Source: a virus
Lineage: Duplodnaviria; Caudoviricetes
Strand: one strand, 5' to 3'
Virus record (IMG/VR): IMGVR_UViG_3300027759_000044
DNA length: 64,000 bases
The notes under the pieces are model-generated. The model was not told the origin of the DNA. It saw nothing but the letters and a program-made list of their open reading frames with translations, and ran no database searches. Shown here piece by piece: positions 48,147-58,100 of the stretch (the stretch's first letter is position 1; each line of letters begins with the position of its first letter). The translations under genes and the position numbers were made by a program.

Positions 48147-49343
48147 TCACTGAAAGGTGAGATTTTGTACGGCTATTTCTCCCACGTAATCGGCAGCATT
48201 ACCGAAAGAACTTGCGGTGTTGGTTAATTCAATGTACCCGTAACGTGTCATAAATGATACGACTGGTTCGAATGTTGATGGATCTAGAACAACACCACTG
48301 CTCATCAATGGAATGTATGGGCAATAGAATGCGGCTGCATCAGTCTCTGAAGAACCTTTATAACCAACCAATACTGGAATAGTATCTGCGGCATAAGAGT
48401 CAACGAACACACGCATAGCGCCGTTCAATGTACCAACGAACTTAGTGTTAGTTGGAGCTTCGAATGTACCTTCTGTAGTACGAGCAAAAGCACTAGTAGT
48501 TGCAGACTGTAGAACAGTTAGTGCAGCACTAGAAACAACAGCCCAGTTACCAGCACCACGACGTGTGCGTTGTGCGATCAAGTTAGCAACACGATTGATA
48601 AGAACAGCTAGTGCAGCGTGTTCGTCACCAACGTAAGTAGCTGTACCAGATACAGTAGCTTGGTTGTATGTATACTCTGTACTTGCTAGAGTACGCAATG
48701 ACAAGAGAATCTCTTGGTCGATCTCAGCAGTAATTTCTTGTGCTAGAGCGGCCATGATTTCTGCCTCAACGTCAATACCATGTTGGCTTTGAGCGTCTTG
48801 AGCAGCTTCGAATGTCCAGCGAGCTTGTAACTTACGTGATTTAGCTTCAACAGCTTGACGTAGAATTTGAACGCTGATTTGCTTACCACCGTTGCCTTCA
48901 AGGGCAGCAGTATCGTTAGCAGTATAATAGCTAGATGTTGTTGCATCACTCTTGCTACGTGAGTAAGCTTGAGCAATCAAGAATGGACTCAATGCCTCTT
49001 GACCAGCTGTAACGCTAGTTTGAGCGGCACTATTGTCTGTTAATGACTGAGCATAACGTACACGTAGTGTGTGAATTTGACCAACTGGTCCTGTCATTGG
49101 CTGAACGCCTACCAATTCGTTAGCGATAACGGTTGGCATGACACGACGAATAACTGGAAGAATCACACGGTTTAGTGTAGCGATATTACCAGATGTTGTA
49201 GTACCGGCTGAAGATTCAGCTAGTAACTGTTTTTTGGTGTTTTCTAAAATAACACCCATTGTTGAACGGCGAGTTCCTTTTAAGCCTTCTAACAGAGCTT
49301 CTTTGGTCTCGTCCCAACGGCTTTCTAAGAGTACTTTTGACAT
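48147..49343 (-). CDS. gp23: Major capsid protein (T4 gp23 family)
   Basis: RRVMPTVIANELVGVQPMTGPVGQIHTLR, AKSRKLQARWTFEAAQD, EITAEIDQEI, FYCPYIPL and FEPVVSFMTRYG. Confidence 0.97.
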   Translation of the reverse strand: MSKVLLESRWDETKEALLEGLKGTRRSTMGVILENTKKQLLAESSAGTTTSGNIATLNRVILPVIRRVMPTVIANELVGVQPMTGPVGQIHTLRVRYAQSLTDNSAAQTSVTAGQEALSPFLIAQAYSRSKSDATTSSYYTANDTAALEGNGGKQISVQILRQAVEAKSRKLQARWTFEAAQDAQSQHGIDVEAEIMAALAQEITAEIDQEILLSLRTLASTEYTYNQATVSGTATYVGDEHAALAVLINRVANLIAQRTRRGAGNWAVVSSAALTVLQSATTSAFARTTEGTFEAPTNTKFVGTLNGAMRVFVDSYAADTIPVLVGYKGSSETDAAAFYCPYIPLMSSGVVLDPSTFEPVVSFMTRYGYIELTNTASSFGNAADYVGEIAVQNLTFQ

Positions 49344-49371
49344 TTTTAATTTCTCCTAATGATGTCTTTTT

Positions 49372-50472
49372 TTAAAGCCCTGCCAGACGCTTGATATCGA
49401 TAACGTTATCACGTTGTTCCATATCAACTTCTTGTTTGGCAGCTTTATCCCCAGTTGCTTCTACGATAACTGATTCTGTTAATTTAGCTTTTTGTGCTGG
49501 TTTAACATTACCGTTATTGAGAACTGCTGGAAGATACTTATCGAAAGCGGCTTGTAGACGTGGTGTCTGGACGCTTTCTAGTAAGTTCTGCATTACTGAT
49601 GCCTTTTCTTCGTTCAATGTAGCGAGTAATTCGCTCATTGTTTTTTCACGTAGATTAGACTCTTTAATAATACGAACTTCACGTTCTTTTGATTCAATCA
49701 ACTTCTTAGCGTTGCTGATTGTATTGATGGATTCGGCTAGTTTCTTATCTTTTTCTTCTAGCTGAGTCATTAGTTTGCGAGTTTCTGCTTTCTCACTTAA
49801 GTGAGTGACACTGAATTCACTTGCAAAACTTTCAAAGATACGACGACCAAAACTGTTCTCACGAGCAATTTTGATATCTTCTTTCAATTGACCTAATTCA
49901 CCTTTGAGTTGGCTAGCGACAACCGTAGTCAATCTCTTAGCAGATTCAGCAACAAAACGTGCCTTCAATGCTTCTAATTGTTTACGACCTTCAGCAACTA
50001 ACTTAACCTTAGCTTCTACTACAGCCTGTTTGTCTTGTGTGAATTCTTTAATTTCACGTGCTAAAGCATGAACAATAAATTGTTCTAACTTTTGCTGACT
50101 TTCCATTTGTAGTTTACGCTCACTACGTAGTTCTTTGATTTCTTCAGCTAGTTTAGTAACCATAAAATCATTGAATTTTGTAGCTGATTCACGCAATTTT
50201 TGTTGCGCTATCACACGGTCTTCGTTCATTGCTTGACGTTCAGTTTGAAATTCTTCAATTTCATTCTGTAGTCCTTCACTGACCATTTTATCAAGGGCTT
50301 CTACCATCACGTATCTGTCATGTTCATAACGTTGTGCGAATTCTTCTCTTAATTCTGCACGTACTTGCTCACGAGCCTCATTCAACTTAGATTCCCATGC
50401 CTCATTTATAGCGACACCTGTTTCTTCGTTGATTAATCCACTCTCAAGTAATGGTTTGATAGCATCTAACAT
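49372..50472 (-). CDS. gp22: Prohead core scaffold protein (gp22-like)
   Basis: Coiled-coil, Glu/Lys-rich, repeated xxE/LES cleavage-type motifs; lies between protease and capsid genes. Confidence 0.85.
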   Translation of the reverse strand: MLDAIKPLLESGLINEETGVAINEAWESKLNEAREQVRAELREEFAQRYEHDRYVMVEALDKMVSEGLQNEIEEFQTERQAMNEDRVIAQQKLRESATKFNDFMVTKLAEEIKELRSERKLQMESQQKLEQFIVHALAREIKEFTQDKQAVVEAKVKLVAEGRKQLEALKARFVAESAKRLTTVVASQLKGELGQLKEDIKIARENSFGRRIFESFASEFSVTHLSEKAETRKLMTQLEEKDKKLAESINTISNAKKLIESKEREVRIIKESNLREKTMSELLATLNEEKASVMQNLLESVQTPRLQAAFDKYLPAVLNNGNVKPAQKAKLTESVIVEATGDKAAKQEVDMEQRDNVIDIKRLAGL

Positions 50473-50474
50473 GC

Positions 50475-51119
50475 TTAATCCCCTTTGTTAATTTTGAGAT
50501 CCTTGATAAGACGAACCACTTCATCTTTCAGGTATCTCTGTACCTTCTTGTCGCCCTGCGCATCTTTTGCTAGATCCAACATTCTATGACCATGCTTCAT
50601 ATTCATCATGCCTTCATAGATTGCTTTAGGATAAGCATTGGGTGCACTAGGTTGTGCGACAATATCCACAGTGACTATTTCAAAGTCACTAACTTTGCCG
50701 TCTAAGTCATTCACGTTACCGCTACCACGACTTGAAACGCCGAGTTTCACACCACTCTCCAACATTGTAGACACTAATTGTCCCATTGGAGTTGGTAATA
50801 TTTTTAATTTACCAAAACCATTAGCTCCGTCCATCCACATACTTGTTATCATATGTGATACACGGTCTAAATTAATCTTTAAATCATCTGGGTGATCTAC
50901 TTCACCTAAGACTGAATAGCCTTCTGTAATTTGTCTGTTAAGAGTTTCAACAGCACTTTCAATTTCAGAAACGGGGTAGACACGCTCATTAGCGTTCTTT
51001 ACCCCACCCTGAATGAAGATACCTTTCATATAAAGGCTCTTCAAAGCACCTTCACCCGAGCTTTCAACCACCATACTGGCACGGTCGAAAGTCAGATGCT
51101 CTTTGAGATACAAAGCCAT
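50475..51119 (-). CDS. gp21: Prohead protease (gp21, peptidase U9/S80)
   Basis: GIFIQGGVKNAN.RVYP, LGEVDHP, GVSSRGSG and DIVAQPSAPNAY. Confidence 0.95.
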   Translation of the reverse strand: MALYLKEHLTFDRASMVVESSGEGALKSLYMKGIFIQGGVKNANERVYPVSEIESAVETLNRQITEGYSVLGEVDHPDDLKINLDRVSHMITSMWMDGANGFGKLKILPTPMGQLVSTMLESGVKLGVSSRGSGNVNDLDGKVSDFEIVTVDIVAQPSAPNAYPKAIYEGMMNMKHGHRMLDLAKDAQGDKKVQRYLKDEVVRLIKDLKINKGD

Positions 51120-51133
51120 TGCTCTCAGATTCC

Positions 51134-51964
51134 TTAAATTCTTCTCTTAGCAGGAGTTCTACGTGACTCTGCTACTGGGCTACGAACTTTACCTGCTTCG
51201 TCTTTAGTGACTGGCTTAGGTGCGGCTGTTAAGTCTGCATTGTTTTGAGCTGGACTATTCTTAAATGATCCTGCACCTTTAACACTTGTCTCGCCTTTAG
51301 CATAAGCATTGCTTGGTCCTTTTGGTCCTGTTGGAACTGTTTCACTAGCACCACTGAACTTAACTGGTCTAGAATCCATTCCAGCTTGACCGCTGTTTGC
51401 ATCAACTGTGCTCTTATTTTGAACACCGTTATCACCATGAGTTACAGAAACTTTCTTTAGTGTGATAGCTTCCATCATAGGATCTTCATCATCACGGTCT
51501 TGTTCCATGTCTTTTGTGAATTCTTCACCATCTTCTTCTGCTTCATCATCAAACTCAGCATCAGATTCGTCATCACCCATGTCGTCACCGCCCATGATTT
51601 CTTCAAACTCAGCCATTAACTGGTCTAATTTATCTTCTAGGTCAACAACACGGTCTTCTAAACCTTCTTCGCCACCTTCTTCATCGTCCATATCAATGTC
51701 AACAGTTTCTTCACCGTCATCATCCATATCAGCGATATCAAATTCTTCATCTTCTGACATACCAGATTCTTCAACACCAATTTCGTCTAGTAAATCTTGT
51801 ACTGGGCCAGATGGGTTATTGCTCATCATTTGATCTTCGTCCATCATGTTCTCATAGATTTCGCGGCTTTTCTCAACTACGATATCGTGAAATAATGCAC
51901 GGGCTTGTTCTTCGTTCTCATTAATAATCAAATCAATAAGTTGTTCAAATTTTTTATTATCCAT
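51134..51964 (-). CDS. Highly acidic prohead core protein (gp67/gp68-like by position)
   Basis: Asp/Glu-rich 276 aa between portal and protease; SD AGGAGA; CTAAATA box at 51999-52005. Confidence 0.65.
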   Translation of the reverse strand: MDNKKFEQLIDLIINENEEQARALFHDIVVEKSREIYENMMDEDQMMSNNPSGPVQDLLDEIGVEESGMSEDEEFDIADMDDDGEETVDIDMDDEEGGEEGLEDRVVDLEDKLDQLMAEFEEIMGGDDMGDDESDAEFDDEAEEDGEEFTKDMEQDRDDEDPMMEAITLKKVSVTHGDNGVQNKSTVDANSGQAGMDSRPVKFSGASETVPTGPKGPSNAYAKGETSVKGAGSFKNSPAQNNADLTAAPKPVTKDEAGKVRSPVAESRRTPAKRRI

Positions 51965-52017
51965 TGAATGTTCTCCTAAGTAAATGGCTTTGTAGAATTA
52001 TTTAGTGTGTATATGGC

Positions 52018-52045
52018 AAAACAGCACAATAAGTGCTGTTTTTTT
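52018..52045. terminator. Hairpin terminator (AAAACAGCAC-AATAA-GTGCTGTTTT)
   Basis: 10-bp stem with T-runs on both strands, downstream of the 74-aa gene. Confidence 0.7.
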
Positions 52046-52087
52046 ACGTTTTTGCCTAGAATAAGCAATTTTTATAAGTTTATTAAC

Positions 52088-52312
52088 TTATAGTTGAGGT
52101 TGATCAGGTTTTGGCTGACTATATTGTGCGTTAATCTTTTTAAGATAGTTTGCCTTTTCGTAATTTCTAACATCATTCATCTTACGTAATTTACGAATTT
52201 GACGTAATGTTAATTTAGTTTTACGACTTTCACGCCATTGTGGTCTGCTGTTATCAGACTCAACATCTTGATAACCCTCAATAGCAGGAGTAAACATTTC
52301 AAACAATTTCAT
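52088..52312 (-). CDS. Small basic head-associated hypothetical protein (74 aa)
   Basis: Start moved to MKLFEMF (ATG 52312) because the ORF-track extension overlaps the portal gene; ATAAATA box 5 nt upstream. Confidence 0.7.
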   Translation of the reverse strand: MKLFEMFTPAIEGYQDVESDNSRPQWRESRKTKLTLRQIRKLRKMNDVRNYEKANYLKKINAQYSQPKPDQPQL

Positions 52313-52325
52313 AAATCTATTTATC

Positions 52326-54116
52326 TTAAATCTGGCCAGGTGCACCGCCTGGTGTATTGCCTGCCATGCCAGTAGCGTCATTACCAACTGGGCCGGCTAC
52401 TTCCATACCATCTAATCCACCTTCTGGTTCAGGAGCATTCATATCTTCGCCGGTCTGTGTATCACTTTCAATATCACCCACTGATACACCAATACTACGT
52501 AAATCATTACCTTGTGGCTCAATCTCAATCTCTTTATCATTTTCTTCACGCCACATTTTTTCGTTTTTACTGATTTCTTCTTCAGTTAATCCTAAGAATC
52601 GTTCCATAGCAAAACGCTTACTTATGTATGGATACTGTTCAATGGCAGTAAATGAACCAATACGTGCTGTATCTAATTCACTTTGACGATACGCCGCAAA
52701 GTTTTGTGGTGGATTAAACTGTAATTGAAATAAACCACTATCAATATTCAGTCCTCTCCAACGTAAGAATAATTTAAATTCTTCATCTAATTTTTGGCTA
52801 ATATACTTTTGTAGTCGTTCACAATATTGGTTAAAACGGAACTCTTGTATCATCGCTGTACCAACTCGTCCATCACTCATTGGAGTAGGATTATCGTCTG
52901 GTCCAGTTGGAAGATAGCTACTTGGCACACGTAAACCACGTGCTAATCTGTTGTTAAAGTAACGCAAGTCATCAATTTCACCCAAATTCTGTCCACCGGG
53001 TAACACTTCAACACTTGATCCTCTTCCGTCAGCAGTAACTGGGAAGAAGTAATCTTCATTCATACTTAATGGGTTATAGCTAGCATCAACTACACTACCA
53101 CCACCATGTGTACTTGGAATACGTCTTTGATGAATCTCATTCTTAATACGCTCAACAAAAGCCATAGCCAAATGACTTGGCATATTACCAACGTCAATCT
53201 TAAACATTCTACGTTCCGGAGCACGTTGTACACGATAGATAAGAACCGCATCTTCTAGTAATTCTTTTTGTTTATATACCTTAAAGACATTCTCTAAAAT
53301 ACTTTGACCAAAGGGCCAGAAGCGGTCTAATCCTTCTGTCAAGCTTAGATGGACAACGTGTTTAGCATCGATGGCTGCTTCACTTTGTCCTAATGTAAAA
53401 CGACTACCCGATGTGTTGTAGGGCATTGCTGGGACTGTATAGCCACCACCTGCTCCACCTCCACCTGTACCGCCCATACCAGTTGCTGGATTAGCGGCAA
53501 AGTCTGTATTAGTTTTAGTAGCTACCGACAAGTTCTGTAAGTTAATGTTAATATCTTTAATAACATATTGCTCAGGCTTTTTACCTTCGCTTTCGTTAAC
53601 AATAACTTTAATAACTTTAGTCATATCTACCCAATATAACTTAAAGTTTTCCGGGTCACGTACAAATACCTGATCACCAAACTTAATTGTATTACGGAAG
53701 ATTTTAAATGTTCTAGTTTCAAATTCGTTTAATTTACACCATTGTTGTAATTGAGTTTTTAGTAATTCAACTTCATGTTGTGTTGGTTCATCTTTGAAAT
53801 CCAAGTCAAAGGGAGTTTTATTATGTTCATTTGTTTGTGTACTGAATTCTGATATAATGTCTAAACAAGCATTAATTTCAGCATCAACATCCATCATTTC
53901 ATATTGGTTATAGCGTTCAATACGATTTGGGTGACCTGTATATACTTCTGGTAGACGGCTACGATAGTTTTTATAGCCCATTTCAGCGTTATTATAACCA
54001 CCGGTATCACTACCGTTTTGTCCTGGACTACCGTTCCAAGCACCGGTATTATTATTGAATCCAGAGATGGGACTGGACATTCCAGATTTGTTAGAGAAGC
54101 GTTTTTTGTAGGTCAT
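52326..54116 (-). CDS. gp20: Portal protein (T4 gp20 family)
   Basis: Y..M....EI..CLDII, LEDAVLIYRVQRAPERRMFKIDVGNMP, SMNEDYFFP..ADGRGSSVEVLPGGQNLGEIDD..YF; CTAAATA box at 54135-54141. Confidence 0.96.
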   Translation of the reverse strand: MTYKKRFSNKSGMSSPISGFNNNTGAWNGSPGQNGSDTGGYNNAEMGYKNYRSRLPEVYTGHPNRIERYNQYEMMDVDAEINACLDIISEFSTQTNEHNKTPFDLDFKDEPTQHEVELLKTQLQQWCKLNEFETRTFKIFRNTIKFGDQVFVRDPENFKLYWVDMTKVIKVIVNESEGKKPEQYVIKDININLQNLSVATKTNTDFAANPATGMGGTGGGGAGGGYTVPAMPYNTSGSRFTLGQSEAAIDAKHVVHLSLTEGLDRFWPFGQSILENVFKVYKQKELLEDAVLIYRVQRAPERRMFKIDVGNMPSHLAMAFVERIKNEIHQRRIPSTHGGGSVVDASYNPLSMNEDYFFPVTADGRGSSVEVLPGGQNLGEIDDLRYFNNRLARGLRVPSSYLPTGPDDNPTPMSDGRVGTAMIQEFRFNQYCERLQKYISQKLDEEFKLFLRWRGLNIDSGLFQLQFNPPQNFAAYRQSELDTARIGSFTAIEQYPYISKRFAMERFLGLTEEEISKNEKMWREENDKEIEIEPQGNDLRSIGVSVGDIESDTQTGEDMNAPEPEGGLDGMEVAGPVGNDATGMAGNTPGGAPGQI

Positions 54117-54143
54117 AGTAGATATTTTATCTAGTATTTAGTG

Positions 54144-56900
54144 TTAAACCATTGAATTGTTTAATAATCTAGATTGAATTTCTGTGCTTCGTTCCATGAC
54201 ATTTATCATTTGATCAAATTTATCTGACATAATGCTATGTAAAGATTTTAATGTATTAACCGATTCATTAACAGCTGTGGGCATTGTGGTTGTGGATGTT
54301 GCACCTGCTATACTACTTTTAGTGACCGAGTTTAGGGCAGTTTTATATGCCTCAAACTCTGCTTTAGGCATAGCAATTTCTTCACCGTGCATCATAACAG
54401 GATATCCAGACTCCGGGCCGTCAAATGCTCCACCAAATCTAGCTTTTTCAATATGAGGAGGATCATCGGCTAATCGTTTAAAACCATAAGCCGCTAGTAA
54501 TCCTGCTTTATCTAATGCTTCTACATCACTCCTATTTAAATCTAAAGCCTTACCAACTTCATGTTTACTTGTACCGGGGTACGCTACTGGATTACCATTA
54601 GGAAGGAACCCCGGTGTTTTATTTGCAACTGTTCTATTCCATAAGTCTTGTTGATCTTCCGGGGTTCTGCCTGCGCCGGTTATAGTAACTGATCTTTTGG
54701 TAATACGACCAAAATCAGCAATCATCTTTAAAAACATGTCTTGTGTATCACCAGTTAACATATCAAATTTTTCTTTATTACCGTAACGGTCACCTTGAAA
54801 CTTAATAAAGTTAAACGGATCAACAGTTGATGGACCGCCTGATGGACCATCTGATGGTATTGGGGTTGGGGTTGGGGTTGGTTGGTTCTTTGATTTTTGG
54901 GCTTCTGAGGCAGCTTTACGTGCTTGTTGTGCTTCTCTAAGTTTAGAACTATCTTCTATCTTTCTAGCTTGCTCAACTCTAGACTTAGCTTGTTCAACAT
55001 CTTCTTTTGCGTCTTTAGCTTCTTGACTACCGGGTTTAGCATTTTTAAGTCGAGCTTCCGCCTCTTTTTGTGTTTCCTCTGCTGTTTTTGTTTGTTGTCC
55101 GGCTACTGTACTATTTGGTAAATTTTGTGCATTTTTTAATTTTAATATTCTTTTAATTTCTTCAATTGCTTTATTTACGCCGGCTGTAAAATTTGCTACT
55201 GCGTCTGCCGCATGCGGTAATAATGCGTTAGCTAACTGTAGTGCCGAATTAGCTAATGTATCCATTTCTTTTGACGCTTTTGCTACATCTTTTGATAATG
55301 GATCTATGCCTGTTGCTTTACCTTCTGCATCTTTCTGTATTTGAGCTTCTTGCAGTTTTTGTGCATCTACCATAGACCTGCCACCAAATTTATTTTCCAC
55401 GTCTTTTGTAAATGCACGGGACATGATGCCTTCTCCAGGATTTACAAATAATGCTGTTTTACCAAGCTTGTCGTTATAGTCTTTAGCATTTCTGGCCAGC
55501 ATCTGATTTCCTTCAGTAAACAGTCTAGGTAAATCTTCTTTACTAGCTGTCTTTAAAGTCTGAAGAAATAATCTCAATTCGGGAAATGCCATATCTGTTT
55601 GACCGGCAGCGTCTGAAGTAATAGCACCCGATGCTAAATCTTTTGCACCACGGTAGGCTGTTGGATCCATTTTTTCAAACTGTCCTATAAATGCAGTAAT
55701 CATCTTTTCATTTGCTTCGTCTACTCCCTCCATAGCCGCTCTATATCTACTATCATTCAATGCATTGTCACGTTGTTTTTGAAGATCCTCTCTACTTGAT
55801 CCGGTAGTTTTTGACAATAAATCTAATTCTTTAATGTATTGAATAGTTCCTTCTGTTAATTGTTTTTGATTCATGTTTCTACCACGACCCAAACGTAGTT
55901 CTTGTTCTAAGAAGGCCGCCATACTTTCACCCATAGCATCAGCATTTAATCCTAATAGTCTTAGCTCTTCCCCTGCCTCTCCTATTGATATATCATTCAA
56001 TGCATCAGTAAATTTAGTAATACCTAATCCTACAGTACCTCCATATGCTGCCAACGTACCTGCATTTTCTTTTACTATTCGTTTAAATCCGTCAAGACTC
56101 ATACCTGATTGTTCTAGTTGATTATTAAGTCCGGTCATTCCATTAGAAACTAATGCACCAACACTAGCTAATTCTTGAAATGTTTTGAGACTCCTATCTA
56201 ACATTTCTAGTGCAAGTTTACTAACTTCTATTCCTGTTTTTATTACAGTTTCACTAATACTTCCTAAGGCTTGCCCAACAAATGGAATTAAACTAAATAA
56301 ACCTTTACTAAGACCTGCCATAGCATTTCCAACAACATCTACTATTGGAACTAAAGATGAAAAACTAGTTTCACCTTTTGCCAAACCAGTAGCTACTCCC
56401 CATGAGGCTTTACCAATATCTTCTGCAGATTTTTTCAAAGCGTCAGAAGATAAATTCTGTCTACGTTTTTCATTTTCAACCTCATAGGCAGCTTTTTTCC
56501 TTAAACCTTCTATTGTTTTTTTCTGAGCCGCATCAAGTTCTATGGTAGTTTTAGCAAGCTTACCATTCATATCAATAACATAACCTAATTGTTGTAATTG
56601 TTGTTTATATGCGTTTTCTTGTTTACTGGCAATTTTCTTTGATGCACCAAATTGTGTTTCTAATTCTTTACTCAGTTTTGCTTCTACTTGAATTCGGTGT
56701 TCTTCTATGGTCATCAGTTTACCGTTAATTCTGGTATAACCGGCAGATTGCTCAATTGATTTTCTTAGGTCCTTTTCTTCTTGTTCTGCTGTTTTTTCAG
56801 TAATGACAGACACTTTTTCCAATTGGCTAGCCACCTTGGCAAACCCTTCGTTCATTGCGGTCATTACTCGCATTAACTCATCAATATTAATATTATCCAT
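54144..56900 (-). CDS. Tape-measure/gp29-like helical protein with a C-terminal M15 Zn-peptidase domain
   Basis: Long Ala/Lys/Glu helical body; ITGAGRTPEDQ..L...SKHEVGKALD...DPPHIE (SxH..GxAxD and His ligands) at about 54440-54740. Confidence 0.75.
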   Translation of the reverse strand: MDNINIDELMRVMTAMNEGFAKVASQLEKVSVITEKTAEQEEKDLRKSIEQSAGYTRINGKLMTIEEHRIQVEAKLSKELETQFGASKKIASKQENAYKQQLQQLGYVIDMNGKLAKTTIELDAAQKKTIEGLRKKAAYEVENEKRRQNLSSDALKKSAEDIGKASWGVATGLAKGETSFSSLVPIVDVVGNAMAGLSKGLFSLIPFVGQALGSISETVIKTGIEVSKLALEMLDRSLKTFQELASVGALVSNGMTGLNNQLEQSGMSLDGFKRIVKENAGTLAAYGGTVGLGITKFTDALNDISIGEAGEELRLLGLNADAMGESMAAFLEQELRLGRGRNMNQKQLTEGTIQYIKELDLLSKTTGSSREDLQKQRDNALNDSRYRAAMEGVDEANEKMITAFIGQFEKMDPTAYRGAKDLASGAITSDAAGQTDMAFPELRLFLQTLKTASKEDLPRLFTEGNQMLARNAKDYNDKLGKTALFVNPGEGIMSRAFTKDVENKFGGRSMVDAQKLQEAQIQKDAEGKATGIDPLSKDVAKASKEMDTLANSALQLANALLPHAADAVANFTAGVNKAIEEIKRILKLKNAQNLPNSTVAGQQTKTAEETQKEAEARLKNAKPGSQEAKDAKEDVEQAKSRVEQARKIEDSSKLREAQQARKAASEAQKSKNQPTPTPTPIPSDGPSGGPSTVDPFNFIKFQGDRYGNKEKFDMLTGDTQDMFLKMIADFGRITKRSVTITGAGRTPEDQQDLWNRTVANKTPGFLPNGNPVAYPGTSKHEVGKALDLNRSDVEALDKAGLLAAYGFKRLADDPPHIEKARFGGAFDGPESGYPVMMHGEEIAMPKAEFEAYKTALNSVTKSSIAGATSTTTMPTAVNESVNTLKSLHSIMSDKFDQMINVMERSTEIQSRLLNNSMV

Positions 56901-56913
56901 GATTTTTTACCTA

Positions 56914-56935
56914 CTAAATATTAATAGTATTTATG
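56914..56935. promoter_or_regulatory. Face-to-face late promoters (CTAAATA + strand 56914-56920; CATAAATA - strand 56928-56935)
   Basis: Both boxes are visible in the 65-bp divergent intergenic region. Confidence 0.6.
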
Positions 56936-56965
56936 ATTACAAAAAACACATATTTGGAGAAAAAA

Positions 56966-57787
56966 ATGAACACTAACCCACTTAAACAGTATTTCCGTAG
57001 ACCTGCAATCTATGTAAAATTGCCCAGCGGAGGTAACTATTATCCGGCAGGCGCCATTGATTTACCTGATAATAAGGAAATACCAGTATATCCAATGACT
57101 GCTATTGACGAAATTACAAGCAAAACTCCGGACGCATTATTCAACGGAATTGCAATAACTGAAATTATTAAAAGTTGTGTTCCTAATATCAAAGATCCTT
57201 GGGCTATACCAGCAATAGATTTGGATGCCATACTAATATCTATACGTGCAGCCACTAACGGAAATATGCTAGATGTAGAATCTATATGCCCTGCGTGTAA
57301 AGAGGACTCATCATATAATATTAATATAGTAGGTCTACTTAGTACACTAAAACCAGAATATGATGATGTGATTAAACTCAATGAATTAATATTTAAATTT
57401 AATCCACTTTCCTATAAAAAAGTTAATGAAATAAATTTAATACAATTTGAAATTGAAAAAACAATCAAAAATATTGAAAACATTACTGATAATGAAGAAC
57501 GACTACGTATTTCCGGAGAAACAATGAAAAAACTTCATGAATTAAGTATTATGTTAATTACTCAAACTATTGATTCTATATCCACACCATCAGAAATAGT
57601 TATTGAAAAAGAACATATTGATGATTTCTTAAGAAATTCAGATAAAAATGTATTTGAAACTTTAAAAAATACAGCAATTAAATTACGTGAAACTTCTCAA
57701 CTTAAACCATTACATGTAAAATGTATTCATTGTCAACATGAATATGGACAAACTATTACACTTAATGTAACTGATTTTTTCGATTAA
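56966..57787 (+). CDS. T4 baseplate-hub/tail assembly chaperone family protein (gp26/gp51-like)
   Basis: Start at MNTNPL (SD GGAGA); VKLPSGG.YY, VYPMTAIDE, DLDAILISIR.AT.G, CPAC and CIHC; ends T-D-F-F-D*. Confidence 0.85.
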   Translation: MNTNPLKQYFRRPAIYVKLPSGGNYYPAGAIDLPDNKEIPVYPMTAIDEITSKTPDALFNGIAITEIIKSCVPNIKDPWAIPAIDLDAILISIRAATNGNMLDVESICPACKEDSSYNINIVGLLSTLKPEYDDVIKLNELIFKFNPLSYKKVNEINLIQFEIEKTIKNIENITDNEERLRISGETMKKLHELSIMLITQTIDSISTPSEIVIEKEHIDDFLRNSDKNVFETLKNTAIKLRETSQLKPLHVKCIHCQHEYGQTITLNVTDFFD

Positions 57788-57825
57788 AGCTTCTACATCT
57801 TACCTCTGGAGATATTCAGAAGCTT
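57775..57825 (+). other. Predicted programmed -1 ribosomal frameshift signal
   Basis: Zero-frame T TTT TTC heptamer (57775-57781), 5-nt spacer, then an 8-bp stem AAGCTTCT/AGAAGCTT (57787-57794/57818-57825); the -1 frame opens exactly at the heptamer. Confidence 0.7.
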
Positions 57826-58011
57826 ATTGACAATATGGAATCAGAGACAATTTCAATTAAAGAAAATTCCATACGTATGGCTTGGAGTATGCGAGGTGGT
57901 GCTTCATATGAAGATATATTGAATATGTCTAGCGATGAACGAAAAGCCATATCAAAATTAATAGAAGATAACATAGAAACAACTAAGAAATCGGGCCTAC
58001 CCTACTTCTAA
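57775..58011 (+). CDS. Chaperone extension ORF (G-T-type -1 frame product; internal ATG at 57835 gives 58 aa)
   Basis: Not in the ORF track. FFRLKLLHLTSGDIQKLIDNMESETISIKENSIRMAWSMRGGASYEDILNMSSDERKAISKLIEDNIETTKKSGLPYF*. Confidence 0.75.
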   Translation, partial: FFRLKLLHLTSGDIQKLIDNMESETISIKENSIRMAWSMRGGASYEDILNMSSDERKAISKLIEDNIETTKKSGLPYF

Positions 58012-58014
58012 TTA

Positions 58015-58100
58015 AACCCGTAACTGTTCATTTATCATTACGGGTTATCTATGTAAAGATGAACTTCGTTCATCTAAGAACTCACTTCGTTCGTTCTTAG
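58015..58100. repeat. Cluster of three abutting inverted repeats
   Basis: AACCCGTAA/TTACGGGTT (58015-58046), AGATGAAC-TTC-GTTCATCT (58057-58075) and CTAAGAAC/GTTCTTAG (58074-58100). Confidence 0.85.
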
